Counted from the stretch's first letter, positions 18,965 to 29,186 are shown. The stretch is 64,000 nt of DNA from Burkholderiales bacterium (GCA_036522275.1 DATDGC010000073.1:1021-65020); one strand, 5' to 3'. Translations and numbers: made by a program. Notes: generated by a model from the letters alone, not told the origin.

Positions 18965-20181
18965 GCCGGCGTTTCCCTGGCATTCAAGCGCGCCACCTGG
19001 CGCTCATCTATCGGCCAGCACAACACGGCCGCAACCACGCTTAAGCCGATACAGGTGAGCCACACCGCATAGTATGAGCCCGAGAGGTCAAACATGTAAC
19101 CCCCCAGCCACGCACCAATAAAGCTGCCGATCTGGTGGCCTAGGAACACGATGCCAAACAAAGTGGAGAGGTATTTGACTCCGAATATCTGCGCCACCAG
19201 TCCATTGGTGAGCGGCACTGTGCCAAGCCACAACGAACCCATCGCCGCGGCAAACAGGTAAACGCTCGTCGGCGTAATCGGCAGCACCATGAACAAGCCA
19301 ATCGCCACCGCGCGCAAGAGGTAAATATATGCGAGCAGGTTTTTCTTGCTATAGAGCCCACCGAAATAACCCGCGAAATAGGAACCGATGATGTTGAAAA
19401 AACCGATCAATGCGAGCGCAATCATGCCGGTCACCGGCGTCATGCCTTTGTCCAGCAGATACGCCGGCAGGTGCAGCATGATAAAAACGGTTTGAAAACC
19501 GCACACCAGAAATCCGCTGGTGAGATACCAGAAGCCCTTGTGGCCGCCTGCTTCATGCAGCGCTTCGCTCACCGACTGGTTATCATGAGCCGATTTCGCG
19601 ACGGCGTTTTTTCCGGCGAGCACCAGCGCCGGCAGCAAGATGAACGAAACTGAAGCCGCAAGAATGGAAAGCGCCGCCGCCCAGCCGAAATGCGTAATCA
19701 GCGTCTGTCCGTAAGGCAGCATGGCAAACTGTCCGAATGACCCGCCCGCACTGGTAATACCCAATCCCATGCTGCGCTTTTCCGGACTCAAGCTGCGCCC
19801 GATTACGCCCAGCACCACGCTGAAACTGGTGCCGCTCATGCCCAGGCCGATCAAAAGTCCGGCGCTGAGATCAAGCTGCACGCCGGTGAGGGAGAGCGGC
19901 ATCAACACCAGCCCCAGCGCGTACAGGATTGCACCGACCGCCAGCACCCGTCCCGCGCCGTACTTGTCCGCTATCATCCCCGAGAAAGGCTGGGCGAGTC
20001 CCCATATCAGATTCTGCATGGCAATGGCGAACGCGAAAATTTCGCGCCCCCAGCCGTGGCTTGAGCTTAGCGGCTGCAAAAAAAGGCCAAAGCTCTGCCG
20101 TGTGCCGAGCGAGAGCATCAGAATCAGGCAGGCACATGCCAGCACCACCGCGGGAGTACGCCAGGACGATTTGGACATCAA
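18961..20181 (-). CDS. MFS transporter
   Basis: 406 aa with about 12 hydrophobic segments and the MFS loop motif GMIADKYGAGRV. Confidence 0.85.
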   Translation of the reverse strand: MMSKSSWRTPAVVLACACLILMLSLGTRQSFGLFLQPLSSSHGWGREIFAFAIAMQNLIWGLAQPFSGMIADKYGAGRVLAVGAILYALGLVLMPLSLTGVQLDLSAGLLIGLGMSGTSFSVVLGVIGRSLSPEKRSMGLGITSAGGSFGQFAMLPYGQTLITHFGWAAALSILAASVSFILLPALVLAGKNAVAKSAHDNQSVSEALHEAGGHKGFWYLTSGFLVCGFQTVFIMLHLPAYLLDKGMTPVTGMIALALIGFFNIIGSYFAGYFGGLYSKKNLLAYIYLLRAVAIGLFMVLPITPTSVYLFAAAMGSLWLGTVPLTNGLVAQIFGVKYLSTLFGIVFLGHQIGSFIGAWLGGYMFDLSGSYYAVWLTCIGLSVVAAVLCWPIDERQVARLNARETPA

Positions 20182-20337
20182 GCAATTCCTGTCAATGGGA
20201 AAAGCATGGTAGAGGCTTAACCGCTTGGCAGCAAGGCCGGTAAGAAAAACAACAGGGGCGTGTCAACGCCTCCGCATGGCAGATGTTATTGAGCTTGGCA
20301 CACCCTCAATCCGAAGGAGAACCTGAAGTGGCCCGCC

Positions 20338-21090
20338 TCAGTTGCTGGCCCGATCTTCCCAGGCAAATCCCAACGCACTCACGCCCTGTTTCAAAAGCTG
20401 CATCGCTTGCGGCACCTGCTGTTTGTCGCCGCGCACGCCTAGCTCGATCCAGCGCTCCCCCGGCCCAAGATGCGGCAGGCTGAACAGCTTGAGCCCGGGA
20501 AAGCGCGCCACACAGTCGTTCATCACATCCAAAAGCAGACTCTCCATTGCGCCGCGCACGATGATCGCCTGCTCCGCGCCCTGCACGAGATGCTGCATAT
20601 GCGGGTAATGCGTATCCAGCACCCATTCCATCATCGGCCACGCCATTTCCGGAAAGCCCGGTAGAAAATGATGATGCTTGAGGCTGAAACCGGACACGTG
20701 GTTGTAGGAATTGGGAATGATGCGGCTGCCTTGAGGGAGATCAGCCATCAGCACGCGCTTGGGGTATGCGGCTTCGCCAAACTGCGCGATGATTTCTGCC
20801 AGCGCATCGGGATGGCGGTAGAGCTCCACGCCGGCGGCTTCCGCGGCGCAGCGCCGGGTATGGTCGTCAGGTGTGGCGCCGATACCGCCAAAGGAAAATA
20901 CGATGTCTTCTGTAGCCAGGGTGCGGCGCAAAGTGGCGGTAATCAGTTCCGGGTCGTCACCAAGATACTCGCACCAACTTAATTCCAGCCCACGCTTACT
21001 AGATACCCTGACAACTTGCGCGAAATGCTTGTCCTGGCGCTTGCCACTGATGATTTCATCACCAATGATGATGGCGCCGAAATGCGTCAT
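20338..21090 (-). CDS. molybdopterin-binding (MoCF/CinA N-terminal-like) domain protein
   Basis: 250 aa. IIIGDEIISGKRQDKH and FSFGGIGATPDD are typical of the CinA/MoaB-like fold. Confidence 0.7.
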   Translation of the reverse strand: MTHFGAIIIGDEIISGKRQDKHFAQVVRVSSKRGLELSWCEYLGDDPELITATLRRTLATEDIVFSFGGIGATPDDHTRRCAAEAAGVELYRHPDALAEIIAQFGEAAYPKRVLMADLPQGSRIIPNSYNHVSGFSLKHHHFLPGFPEMAWPMMEWVLDTHYPHMQHLVQGAEQAIIVRGAMESLLLDVMNDCVARFPGLKLFSLPHLGPGERWIELGVRGDKQQVPQAMQLLKQGVSALGFAWEDRASN

Positions 21091-21536
21091 TTCATTATGT
21101 AGCTTTCGAGTTGCTTGATGATGTACTCGCGTTCGGAAATCGCTTCCTTCACCAGGTCACCGATGGACACCACGCCGACGAGCCGGTCACCCTCATATAC
21201 CGGCAAATGCCGGACGCGCTTGTCGGTCATCAGCGCCATGCATTCGTCCACAGTTTGCGCAGTGTTCACGTAGACAATCTTGCTGGTCATGATATCGCTG
21301 ACGTGGATTTCCTTCGAGGATTTGCCGTGCAGAATCACCTTGCGTGCGTAGTCGCGCTCGGAGATGATACCCACCACTTTGTCCGCCTCCATTACCAGGA
21401 GCGCGCCGACTTCTTTTTCCGCCATCAGCTTGAGCGCATCATAAACAGTGGCGTCAGGCGAAATGGAGAGGATTCCGTGGGTTTTGCTCTGCAAAATTTG
21501 CTTTACGGTTTTCATGCTGGGCTCCCGGTTTGACAA
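21087..21536 (-). CDS. CBS-domain pair protein
   Basis: 149 aa with two CBS repeats (GALLVMEADKVVGIISERD; HLPVYEGDRLVGVVSIGD). 4-nt overlap with the downstream gene. Confidence 0.85.
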   Translation of the reverse strand: MSNREPSMKTVKQILQSKTHGILSISPDATVYDALKLMAEKEVGALLVMEADKVVGIISERDYARKVILHGKSSKEIHVSDIMTSKIVYVNTAQTVDECMALMTDKRVRHLPVYEGDRLVGVVSIGDLVKEAISEREYIIKQLESYIMK

Positions 21537-21840
21537 GTCACGCTGGCAATCAATCCTATTATAGCCAGTTCGTTCGATAGTAGAAGATTAGATTATCAAC
21601 AAATTTCGGTTTGCCCACAGCATGTTCACCCTTGAGCGGTGCTTGGGGTGCGGCTGTGTTGAAGACACGTTTTAGATAGAATGTTATACCGTTGGGCAGA
21701 TATTTTAACCCGTGATGCGCACCCATGCTGCAAACTTCCCGAATTGAATGACGACTTGATTCTGCGATAGCATGACACAGCATGTTACAAACTCCGTATT
21801 TAAAGGCAGCTTTTAGGCTGTCTAATTCTTGTTAGCAATC

Positions 21841-22485
21841 ATGAACCGATTTGCCCCGTTCCTGCTTTTCTTGCTGCTCCTGGTTACACGCGGTAGCTCC
21901 TATGCCGGGGAACCTAGCCCTCCGATGCAACTAGAGAGTGATACGAAGCTTCAACCGTATGTTCATTGTGATGGGTTCGCTGAAGGAGTACGTGGAGTGA
22001 CTCAAGACCGGCGTCCGCAGACCGCCGAACCATGGCGGGAAGTGGGTTTCGGTGGCAAGAGCCAGCGTGTCTCGGTAATAGATGGCTACCGTGTGATGTA
22101 CTCGTATGCTAGGACCTATCCCTTCGCGAACCTGAAGGCTGAACGATCTGACCCTTCAAAATATCTAGAGGATAAACAGATCGTCACATCGTACTTTGCG
22201 GACATAGCGAAGGCGGATGGCAAATCAGATCTAGTTAACTTCTCCGGTCAGGGTTTCTCAGGCCAAACGCTCACGAAAAGAGAACTAACCGGAAGGACAC
22301 TCGGGATAACCCAGATTATGTGGGACGAAGACTCGGTAATTGTAACCATCTATTTCTTGAATCAAGCACCAGAGAATCGCAGGTTCAAGACCTACGTAGA
22401 ATTTATCTCGTTACGAGATAGTTTTATTCGTGGCTATATCGAATGTGTGACCAAGAAGAGATCAACTCCGATTCTTTCCCAATGA
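21841..22485 (+). CDS. secreted hypothetical protein (low-GC patch)
   Basis: ORF-track 21829..22485. The ATG at residue 5 gives the signal-peptide-like MNRFAPFLLFLLLLVTRGSSYA/GE. I recognise no family. Confidence 0.45.
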   Translation: MNRFAPFLLFLLLLVTRGSSYAGEPSPPMQLESDTKLQPYVHCDGFAEGVRGVTQDRRPQTAEPWREVGFGGKSQRVSVIDGYRVMYSYARTYPFANLKAERSDPSKYLEDKQIVTSYFADIAKADGKSDLVNFSGQGFSGQTLTKRELTGRTLGITQIMWDEDSVIVTIYFLNQAPENRRFKTYVEFISLRDSFIRGYIECVTKKRSTPILSQ

Positions 22486-22530
22486 TGCTAACAAAGTAGC
22501 TCGGCTCCGCAGTAGTTTTGCGTCAACCTG

Positions 22531-23400
22531 CTAGCGCGACATTCTCTCCACAACCTTCACTAGCGCGGCGGAATCGAGTTCACCATCACCGGTGCCCATC
22601 AGCGCATTCATGTGCTGCGTCACCATAGCCGCGCAGGGAAGCGCCAGGCCCAGCTTGTGCGCGGTTTCCATGACGATGCGCATGTCTTTCTGGTGCAGCC
22701 TCACTTTGAAACCGGGCTTGAATTCATTATCCAGCATGCGCTTGCCATGCACCTCCAGAATTTTGCTATTGGCAAAACCGCCCAATAGCGCCTCGCGAAC
22801 CTTGGCAGCGTCCACGCCGTTCTTGCGCGCAAAGGTCAGCGCCTCGCCCACCGCCTCGATGGTTAACGCTACCACGATTTGATTGCAGGCTTTGGTCACC
22901 TGTCCCGCGCCGTTGCCGCCGACATGCACGATGTTCTTGCCAAGGCACTCGAACAACGGTTTCACTTTGGCAAATATTTCGGGCTTGCCACCAACCATGA
23001 TGGAAAGCGTGCCGTTAATCGCGCCGATTTCTCCGCCCGAGACCGGTGCATCAAGCATTTCCACTCCCTTCGCGGCGAGTTTCGCCGCCATTTCGCGAGT
23101 CGCCACTGGCGAAATCGTGCTCATATCCACCACCACCGAACCAGGTTTCCCGCCGTGAATCAAACCATTTGTCCCCAGCACTACCTCTTCCACGTCCGGG
23201 GTGTCGGATACCATCACAATGGTCACTTCGGACTTTTCCGCCACCTCTTTTGGCGAGCCACAAGCCTTTGCTCCCGCGTCTTGCAACGGCTTCATGGATT
23301 CCGCGCGACGTGCGTAAACGCTAAGCGAGTGGCCGCCTTTGATGAGATTGAGCGCCATGGGTTTGCCCATGATGCCAAGGCCTACGAATCCGACTTTCAT
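22531..23400 (-). CDS. 2-hydroxy-3-oxopropionate (tartronate semialdehyde)/3-hydroxyisobutyrate-type reductase
   Basis: ORF-track 22531..23454 trimmed to MKVGFVGLGIMGKPMA (Rossmann loop). GarR/MmsB-family core. Confidence 0.8.
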   Translation of the reverse strand: MKVGFVGLGIMGKPMALNLIKGGHSLSVYARRAESMKPLQDAGAKACGSPKEVAEKSEVTIVMVSDTPDVEEVVLGTNGLIHGGKPGSVVVDMSTISPVATREMAAKLAAKGVEMLDAPVSGGEIGAINGTLSIMVGGKPEIFAKVKPLFECLGKNIVHVGGNGAGQVTKACNQIVVALTIEAVGEALTFARKNGVDAAKVREALLGGFANSKILEVHGKRMLDNEFKPGFKVRLHQKDMRIVMETAHKLGLALPCAAMVTQHMNALMGTGDGELDSAALVKVVERMSR

Positions 23401-23582
23401 CTTGCTTCTCCTTTCACTTCCACTAATGACTTGAATGGTAATTGTTCCTCGCACCAGTGTGCAACGGCAAGCAGCTTGTCGTCTTCCTTAGCTTTAATAA
23501 TCAGGATGGCCGACGGTTTCACCCGCGCGAGATCCGCCTTGCCGATAACATGGTGAGCCGCCGTCTGTACAGGCTGTCAGGA

Positions 23583-24977
23583 TTATTGCGCCGTGACATG
23601 GTCCACTAGCCAGCGCGCGGTGCGCAGCAGGCGTGCATCATAGCCACGCCGGCCGACGAGCTGCACGCCTAGAGGCAAGCCATTCGACCCTTGCATCAGC
23701 GGCAGCGAGATCGCGGGCAGCCCGCACAGCGTCCAGAGCGTGCAGAACGAAGGGTCGCCAGTCGAGGAAAGGCCTACGGGTGCGGTGCCCGCCGCCGCTG
23801 GTGTGAGGATCGCGTCGTAGCGTTGGATGAACAGCTCTTCGAAGGTCTCCTGCATCAAAGGAATACGCGATAGGGCGCGCTGGTAGTCGACGGCCCTCAC
23901 CTCGCGCCCGCGCTCGAGCAGCGATCGCAGGGTGTCGGACAGCTGTTCGCGCCCGCGCTGCCATTCGCGCTCGAGGTTGGCTGCCATTTCGGCTTCCATG
24001 ATGGTGCGGTGCCAGTCCCAGGCCTCGGCCGCCAACGGGAACAGTTCCACCTCCGCGACGCGGTCGCCCAGCTCGCCGACCAGCTCCGCGAGCGCCTGCT
24101 TGGTTTCATCCTCGACGCGATTCCAGAGCGGCGTCTTGACAAACGCGATCATCGGCAGCAGCGGCGGCTCTTCGGCCGCGATGGCGCCGAATGGGATGCG
24201 CGCACGCGGCCGCGTATCGTAATCGCGCTCGTCGTAGCCGGTGAGCTGCTCCGCGAGCAGCGCGATGTCCTCGATTGTGCGCGCGAACAGGCCCACATGG
24301 TCCAGCGTGCGAGACAGGGCGAGCATGCCATGGCGCGGAATCAAGCCGTGCGTCGGCTTGAAGCCGTATACGCCGCAAAAAGCGGCCGGGCGGACGGTCG
24401 AGCCGTTGGTCTGGCTTCCGAGCGCGAGCGGTACCATGCCGGCAGCTACGGCCGCTGCCGAGCCGCTGGAGGAGCCGCCGGGCGTGTGCTCGGGATTGTG
24501 CGGGTTGCGGGTCTTGCCGGGCGCGAAATACGCGCACTCGGTGGTCACGGTCTTGCCGAGGATCACGGCCCCGGCGGCGCGCAGGCTCGCGACCACGGTC
24601 GCGTCCTCGTGCGGCGCGCGGCCCTTGTGCAGCACCGTGCCGTTTTCCGTCGGCATGTCGGCCGTGTCGATGATGTCCTTGATGCCGACCGGAACACCAT
24701 GCAGCGCGCCAAGCGTCTTGCCCTCGAGGCGCCACTTGTCCGCCGCCCGCGCCTGATTCAGCGCGTGTTCCGGGTCGAGGAACGCCCAAGCACGAACCAT
24801 CTCGTCCGCTGCCTGAATTTGGTCAAGACAGCTTTGCACCAGTTGTTCCGAGGTGAACATCCCTTCGCGGATACCACGCGCGGCATCGATCGCATTAAGC
24901 TGATTCAACTCCGGCGCCGCCGGAGGCGGCGAGCCTCCCGCGCGCTGCGCGCCGGATGTCCGCTCTTTAGCTGACAT
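23583..24977 (-). CDS. amidase-signature family amidase
   Basis: 464 aa. GGSSSGSAAAVAAG is the amidase-signature Ser-Ser-Lys motif region. Confidence 0.85.
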   Translation of the reverse strand: MSAKERTSGAQRAGGSPPPAAPELNQLNAIDAARGIREGMFTSEQLVQSCLDQIQAADEMVRAWAFLDPEHALNQARAADKWRLEGKTLGALHGVPVGIKDIIDTADMPTENGTVLHKGRAPHEDATVVASLRAAGAVILGKTVTTECAYFAPGKTRNPHNPEHTPGGSSSGSAAAVAAGMVPLALGSQTNGSTVRPAAFCGVYGFKPTHGLIPRHGMLALSRTLDHVGLFARTIEDIALLAEQLTGYDERDYDTRPRARIPFGAIAAEEPPLLPMIAFVKTPLWNRVEDETKQALAELVGELGDRVAEVELFPLAAEAWDWHRTIMEAEMAANLEREWQRGREQLSDTLRSLLERGREVRAVDYQRALSRIPLMQETFEELFIQRYDAILTPAAAGTAPVGLSSTGDPSFCTLWTLCGLPAISLPLMQGSNGLPLGVQLVGRRGYDARLLRTARWLVDHVTAQ

Positions 24978-24994
24978 GGAATGCCGAAATCCAG

Positions 24995-27058
24995 TTACTT
25001 ATAGAGCGCGTGAGGAATCCACAACCCGATAGCGGGGAAAATGTAGAGCAGCGCCAGCGCGATCAGCTGGATCCCCATGAACGGCATCATGCCGGCGAAG
25101 ATCTGGTTCAACGTCACGTGCGGCGGAGAGACGCCTTTCAGGTAAAACGCGGCCATCGCCACCGGCGGCGAGAGGAACGCCGTCTGGAGGTTCAACGCCA
25201 CCAGCAGCCCGAAGAACAGCGGATCGATGTGGAAATGCGGCAGCAGCGGCAGGAAGATCGGCATGAAGATGATGATGATCTCTGTCCACTCAAGCGGCCA
25301 GCCGAGGATGAAGATGATGAGCTGGGCGAGGATCATGAACTGCACCGGAGTCATGTTGAGCGAGAGCACCCACTTCTCGATGATCTCCTGCCCGCCGAGC
25401 AGCGCGAACGCCGCCGAAAAAATACCGGAGCCGACAAACAGCCAGCAGACCATCGCGCTGGTCTTGGCGGTGAGAAAGGACGATTCCTTGACAATACCCC
25501 CGAGTTCTTTCACCGTTTTCCAGACTGCGGCGCCGGGATTCGAGCCGGTGGCCTTCGCGTCACGCCGATGGGTGATGAAGCGATAGATTGCCGCAAGGAC
25601 GAAGCCGCCGAAACCGCCTACCGCCGCCGCCTCGCTGGGCGTTGCCAGCCCGAACACGATCGAACCAAGCACTGCGATGATCAGCAACGCAAGCGGAAAG
25701 AACGAGGAGAGCAGCATCTTGAACACCTCGAGCCGCTCCCAGTTCCAGAGCCAGTATATGAGCACGATGGTGCCGATGCCGATGCCGAACGCGATCCAGA
25801 GCCATAGGGGTACCGGGAGTCGCTCGGGCTCAGCGGCCACCTTCTCGGCCGGTTTGGCTTTGGGCGCCTTCACCGCGCCCGGCACTTCCTTCGCGCCTTC
25901 GGTCTTCGCCTTCTCCAGGACGGGGGGCGGAGAGAGTTCCTTTGACCCTTCTGCGGCACCCGTCGGTTTTTCTGTTTCCAGTTCCGTCGCGCCGATGAGT
26001 CCGGTGGACATCTCGCTTTCCTTCTCGGGCGCTGCAACGAGGCCCCCCGCTTCGATCAGCCCGGCCGTGCTGGCCTCGATCTCCGGCGCAGTCGCCAACT
26101 GCCAGGTGACTGCCAGCACTGCGGCGAGAAACAGTGCCGGGGTCAGCGTGACGAACAATTGCCCTAGCGCGGTGCGTTTCGCGACTGCGTCGCTACCACT
26201 GCTGGTAACGGCACGCCACAACCCCGTAAACGCGTTGCTGCCGTGCTGCGCCAGCGTCTGCGCAAAGTGAGGAAGTGCGACGTATCGTTCACTTTCGGCG
26301 AGTGGAGGCATGAGCGCTGGCTTCCACTTAGCGAGGACGATGATGTAACCCACGTAGAGTCCCGCGAGCATGAACCCGGGAAGGAAGGCGCCGGCGTAGA
26401 GCTGTACGACCGACACACCTGCAACGGCGCCATATACGATCAACATCACCGAGGGGGGGATCAGGATGCCGAGGCAGCCGCCCGCGGTGACCGCGCCCGC
26501 AGATACCTTGACATTGTAGCCCGCCTTCAGCATCGCCGGAAACGCGAGCAGTCCCATCAGCGTCACCACCGCGCCGACGATACCGGTGGCGGTGGCGAAG
26601 ATCGCGCAGGTGACGATGGTCGCAACGGCAAGCGAACCCGGCACACGCGCGGTGGCAAGATGCAGGCTCCTGAACAAGCGGTCAATCAGCTGCGCCCGCT
26701 CGACTAGATAGCCCATGAACAGGAACAGTGGGATCGCGAGCAGCACTTCGTTCGACATCACGCCGTAAGTGCGCTGCACAAAGAGGTCGAGCACCTGCCG
26801 GTTCGCGAGCTCCGGGTTCACGCTGCGGTAGGCGAGCCAGGCAAAGAACACGCCCATCCCCATGAGCGTGAAGGCCGTGGGGAAACCGATCATGATTCCC
26901 ACACAGATCAAGGCGAGCATGAGCAGCCCGAGGACTCCGAGGTCTGCCCTGGATAGGTTCCCGTCGAACAGGTCCCCCCACGGCGTAAGCAAGATCACCG
27001 GAATGATGATGAGCGCCATTATCGAGTAGCCGAACCAGAGTTCTTTGCGCAGCTTCAC
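24995..27058 (-). CDS. dctM: TRAP transporter large permease with a long internal insertion
   Basis: 687 aa. DctM-type hydrophobic core on both sides of a roughly 95-aa Ala/Glu/Pro/Lys-rich low-complexity linker (residues about 322-416). Confidence 0.85.
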   Translation of the reverse strand: MKLRKELWFGYSIMALIIIPVILLTPWGDLFDGNLSRADLGVLGLLMLALICVGIMIGFPTAFTLMGMGVFFAWLAYRSVNPELANRQVLDLFVQRTYGVMSNEVLLAIPLFLFMGYLVERAQLIDRLFRSLHLATARVPGSLAVATIVTCAIFATATGIVGAVVTLMGLLAFPAMLKAGYNVKVSAGAVTAGGCLGILIPPSVMLIVYGAVAGVSVVQLYAGAFLPGFMLAGLYVGYIIVLAKWKPALMPPLAESERYVALPHFAQTLAQHGSNAFTGLWRAVTSSGSDAVAKRTALGQLFVTLTPALFLAAVLAVTWQLATAPEIEASTAGLIEAGGLVAAPEKESEMSTGLIGATELETEKPTGAAEGSKELSPPPVLEKAKTEGAKEVPGAVKAPKAKPAEKVAAEPERLPVPLWLWIAFGIGIGTIVLIYWLWNWERLEVFKMLLSSFFPLALLIIAVLGSIVFGLATPSEAAAVGGFGGFVLAAIYRFITHRRDAKATGSNPGAAVWKTVKELGGIVKESSFLTAKTSAMVCWLFVGSGIFSAAFALLGGQEIIEKWVLSLNMTPVQFMILAQLIIFILGWPLEWTEIIIIFMPIFLPLLPHFHIDPLFFGLLVALNLQTAFLSPPVAMAAFYLKGVSPPHVTLNQIFAGMMPFMGIQLIALALLYIFPAIGLWIPHALYK

Positions 27059-27678
27059 TTGCCCGGCTCCTGGTGCACGACATACGCGTCAAGCTTCTGA
27101 ATGTCCTCATCCTTGACATGGACCATTTTCTTCAGCTCATCCACGTCAACTTCCTGGACGTCCGCCTCGCGCGAGGGCCATGCATCCTGCTTAATGCAGA
27201 TGACGCAGCGGATGATTTCGACAATGCCCTGCACCAGCACGATTGCGCCTGCGACCGGGATTATGGTCTTGAACGGGTAGTACGCCGGGCCTTCGGAAGT
27301 GATGTTCGAATGTTCGTTGATCGCCCAGGACTCGGCGGCATAATAGTATCCCGCCCATACAAACGCGACGATCCCGGGAATGAAGAACAAGATGTAGAGC
27401 GTGAGGTCGATGGTGGCCTGTGCCCGCGGCCTGAAGTAGCCGTAGATCATGTCGCCGCGGACGTGGCCGTTTTTCGCGAGTGTATAAGCGCCGGCCATCA
27501 TAAAAAGGGTCCCGTACATCATGATCATGTAGTCATAGACCCACGGGTGCGAGTGGTGGAGCACGTAGCGCGAGTACACTTCCCAGGTGATGAGCAAGGT
27601 GAGGCCGACGATCAACCAGGAGAACGCGTGCCCGACCCAGGTGCTCACCTTGTCAATGAAAAGCAACGTTTTCTGCAT
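27055..27678 (-). CDS. dctQ: TRAP transporter small permease
   Basis: 207 aa with 4 hydrophobic segments. 4-nt overlap with dctM. Confidence 0.8.
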   Translation of the reverse strand: MQKTLLFIDKVSTWVGHAFSWLIVGLTLLITWEVYSRYVLHHSHPWVYDYMIMMYGTLFMMAGAYTLAKNGHVRGDMIYGYFRPRAQATIDLTLYILFFIPGIVAFVWAGYYYAAESWAINEHSNITSEGPAYYPFKTIIPVAGAIVLVQGIVEIIRCVICIKQDAWPSREADVQEVDVDELKKMVHVKDEDIQKLDAYVVHQEPGK

Positions 27679-27743
27679 GGCTGAAAACCTCAGATGATAT
27701 GGCGGCGAATCGTAAAACTACTAGAAGTCATCTCAAAATTCGC

Positions 27744-27904
27744 AACCGCCGATGAACGCAGATGAACGCGGATACGATCAACCCCTAAGGCGTTAGACAC
27801 AGAGAGCACAGAGTAAGACCGTGAAAAACGAGGTGTTCTCGGTGAACGTTCTCTGCGGCTTTCGATTCTCTGTCGGCGTCTATCGGCGTGCATCGACGGT
27901 TATC
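27744..27904. repeat. nested REP-like hairpin between dctQ and dctP
   Basis: The outer arm AACCGCCGATGAACGCAGATGAACGCGGAT is approximately the reverse complement of GTCGGCGTCTATCGGCGTGCATCGACGGTT. The inner arms are GACACAGAGAGCACAGAG and CTCTGCGGCTTTCGATTCTCTGTC. Confidence 0.6.
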
Positions 27905-28031
27905 CGGTTTTAGGGTTTTTGAGAGAGCTTCTATTGTGCCACTTTAGCTCCGTTCTTGGCAGCACCCAAAAAAAACACCATCCGGAGCCGGGGGATGGTG
28001 CCTTTTACGAGTGCTTGCAGCGTCAGGCCTT

Positions 28032-29186
28032 CTACGCAACCGGCTTCTTGCCGAAATAATAATTATACGCCATGCGCCGGTTGACATAGGTGTCGAGGTC
28101 CCAGCGCACCGCGCGCGCTGCGAACTTGCGCTGAGATTCGACGACCTCCTTGAACAGTGGGTTCTCCGCCGACTTCTTATCCATGATCGGGTCGAAGACC
28201 TCCATCTGCTTCTGCAGCACCGAGTCCGGCGTCTTGTAGAACTTGACATTCTGCTTGGTCTGCATCTCGTAATAGTCCGTGGAGTAACGGTCGATCGCCT
28301 TCCACATCATGTCCGCGTTAGCGGCATCCACCGAATAGGCGATGATCGCCTTCAACTGGGTCGGCAGCGCATCGTACTTGGTTTTGTTGAAGGTGATCTC
28401 GAACTGCTCCGCGTTCTGGTGGAAGCTCTGCAGCATGCACACCTTGGACACGTCGGGGAAACCGAGCAAGCGGTCGGAACTCGCGTTGTTGAACTCGGCC
28501 GCATCGATCAGCCCGCGGTCCATTGCCGGCACGATTTCGGCGCCGGGCAGCGCGATTACCGCCGCACCCATGGCCTGGAACATGTCAATCGAGATGCCCA
28601 CGGTGCGGTACTTCATGCCCTTGAAGTCGTCCGGACTGGTGACCGGCTTCTTGAACCAGCCGAGCGGTTGTGTCGGATGCGGTCCGTACGGGAATGACAC
28701 CACGTTGGCGCCGATCGACTGGTAGATCTTCTGCAGCAACTCCTTGCCACCGCCATACTTGTGCCAGGCGAGCATCATGTTCCCGTCCATGCCGAAGGCG
28801 GGACTCGATCCCCACAGCCCCAGGGCATTTTGCTTGCCGTAGTGATAGACCAGCACGCCGTGACCGCCGTCGAGCACGCCTTTCGAAACCGCGTCGAGCA
28901 GGCCGAAGGCCGGTACCACCGAGCCCGCCGGCAGCACCTCGATCTTGAGGTCACCGCCCGTCATGTCGTTCACCTTCTTGGCGTAGTCGAGCGCGAACTC
29001 GTGGAAGATGTCCTTGGTCGGCCAGGTGCTCTGCCAGCGCATGTTGATCGGCCCCTGCGACTTGGCAATCATCGGGAAGCCGATGGCCGCGGCACCTGTG
29101 CCAATAGTTGCTGCGCTTTTTAGGAATTTGCGACGCGAGGTCGCCGTTTCAGACTTGACTTCGGCGACAGTAATCTGCTTCTTCAT
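28032..29186 (-). CDS. dctP: TRAP transporter periplasmic solute-binding protein with Tat signal
   Basis: ORF-track 28032..29282 trimmed to MKKQITV...SRRKFLKSAATIGTGAAAIGFPMIAKSQG (twin-arginine leader). Belongs to the mannitol/chloroaromatic-type TRAP SBP family. Confidence 0.85.
   Translation of the reverse strand: MKKQITVAEVKSETATSRRKFLKSAATIGTGAAAIGFPMIAKSQGPINMRWQSTWPTKDIFHEFALDYAKKVNDMTGGDLKIEVLPAGSVVPAFGLLDAVSKGVLDGGHGVLVYHYGKQNALGLWGSSPAFGMDGNMMLAWHKYGGGKELLQKIYQSIGANVVSFPYGPHPTQPLGWFKKPVTSPDDFKGMKYRTVGISIDMFQAMGAAVIALPGAEIVPAMDRGLIDAAEFNNASSDRLLGFPDVSKVCMLQSFHQNAEQFEITFNKTKYDALPTQLKAIIAYSVDAANADMMWKAIDRYSTDYYEMQTKQNVKFYKTPDSVLQKQMEVFDPIMDKKSAENPLFKEVVESQRKFAARAVRWDLDTYVNRRMAYNYYFGKKPVA

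Noticed and set aside
21559-21783. 74-aa ORF in the low-GC patch as a real gene or toxin-antitoxin component.
   Set aside because: It has no recognisable motif, no Shine-Dalgarno and no partner ORF. It cannot be supported from sequence alone.
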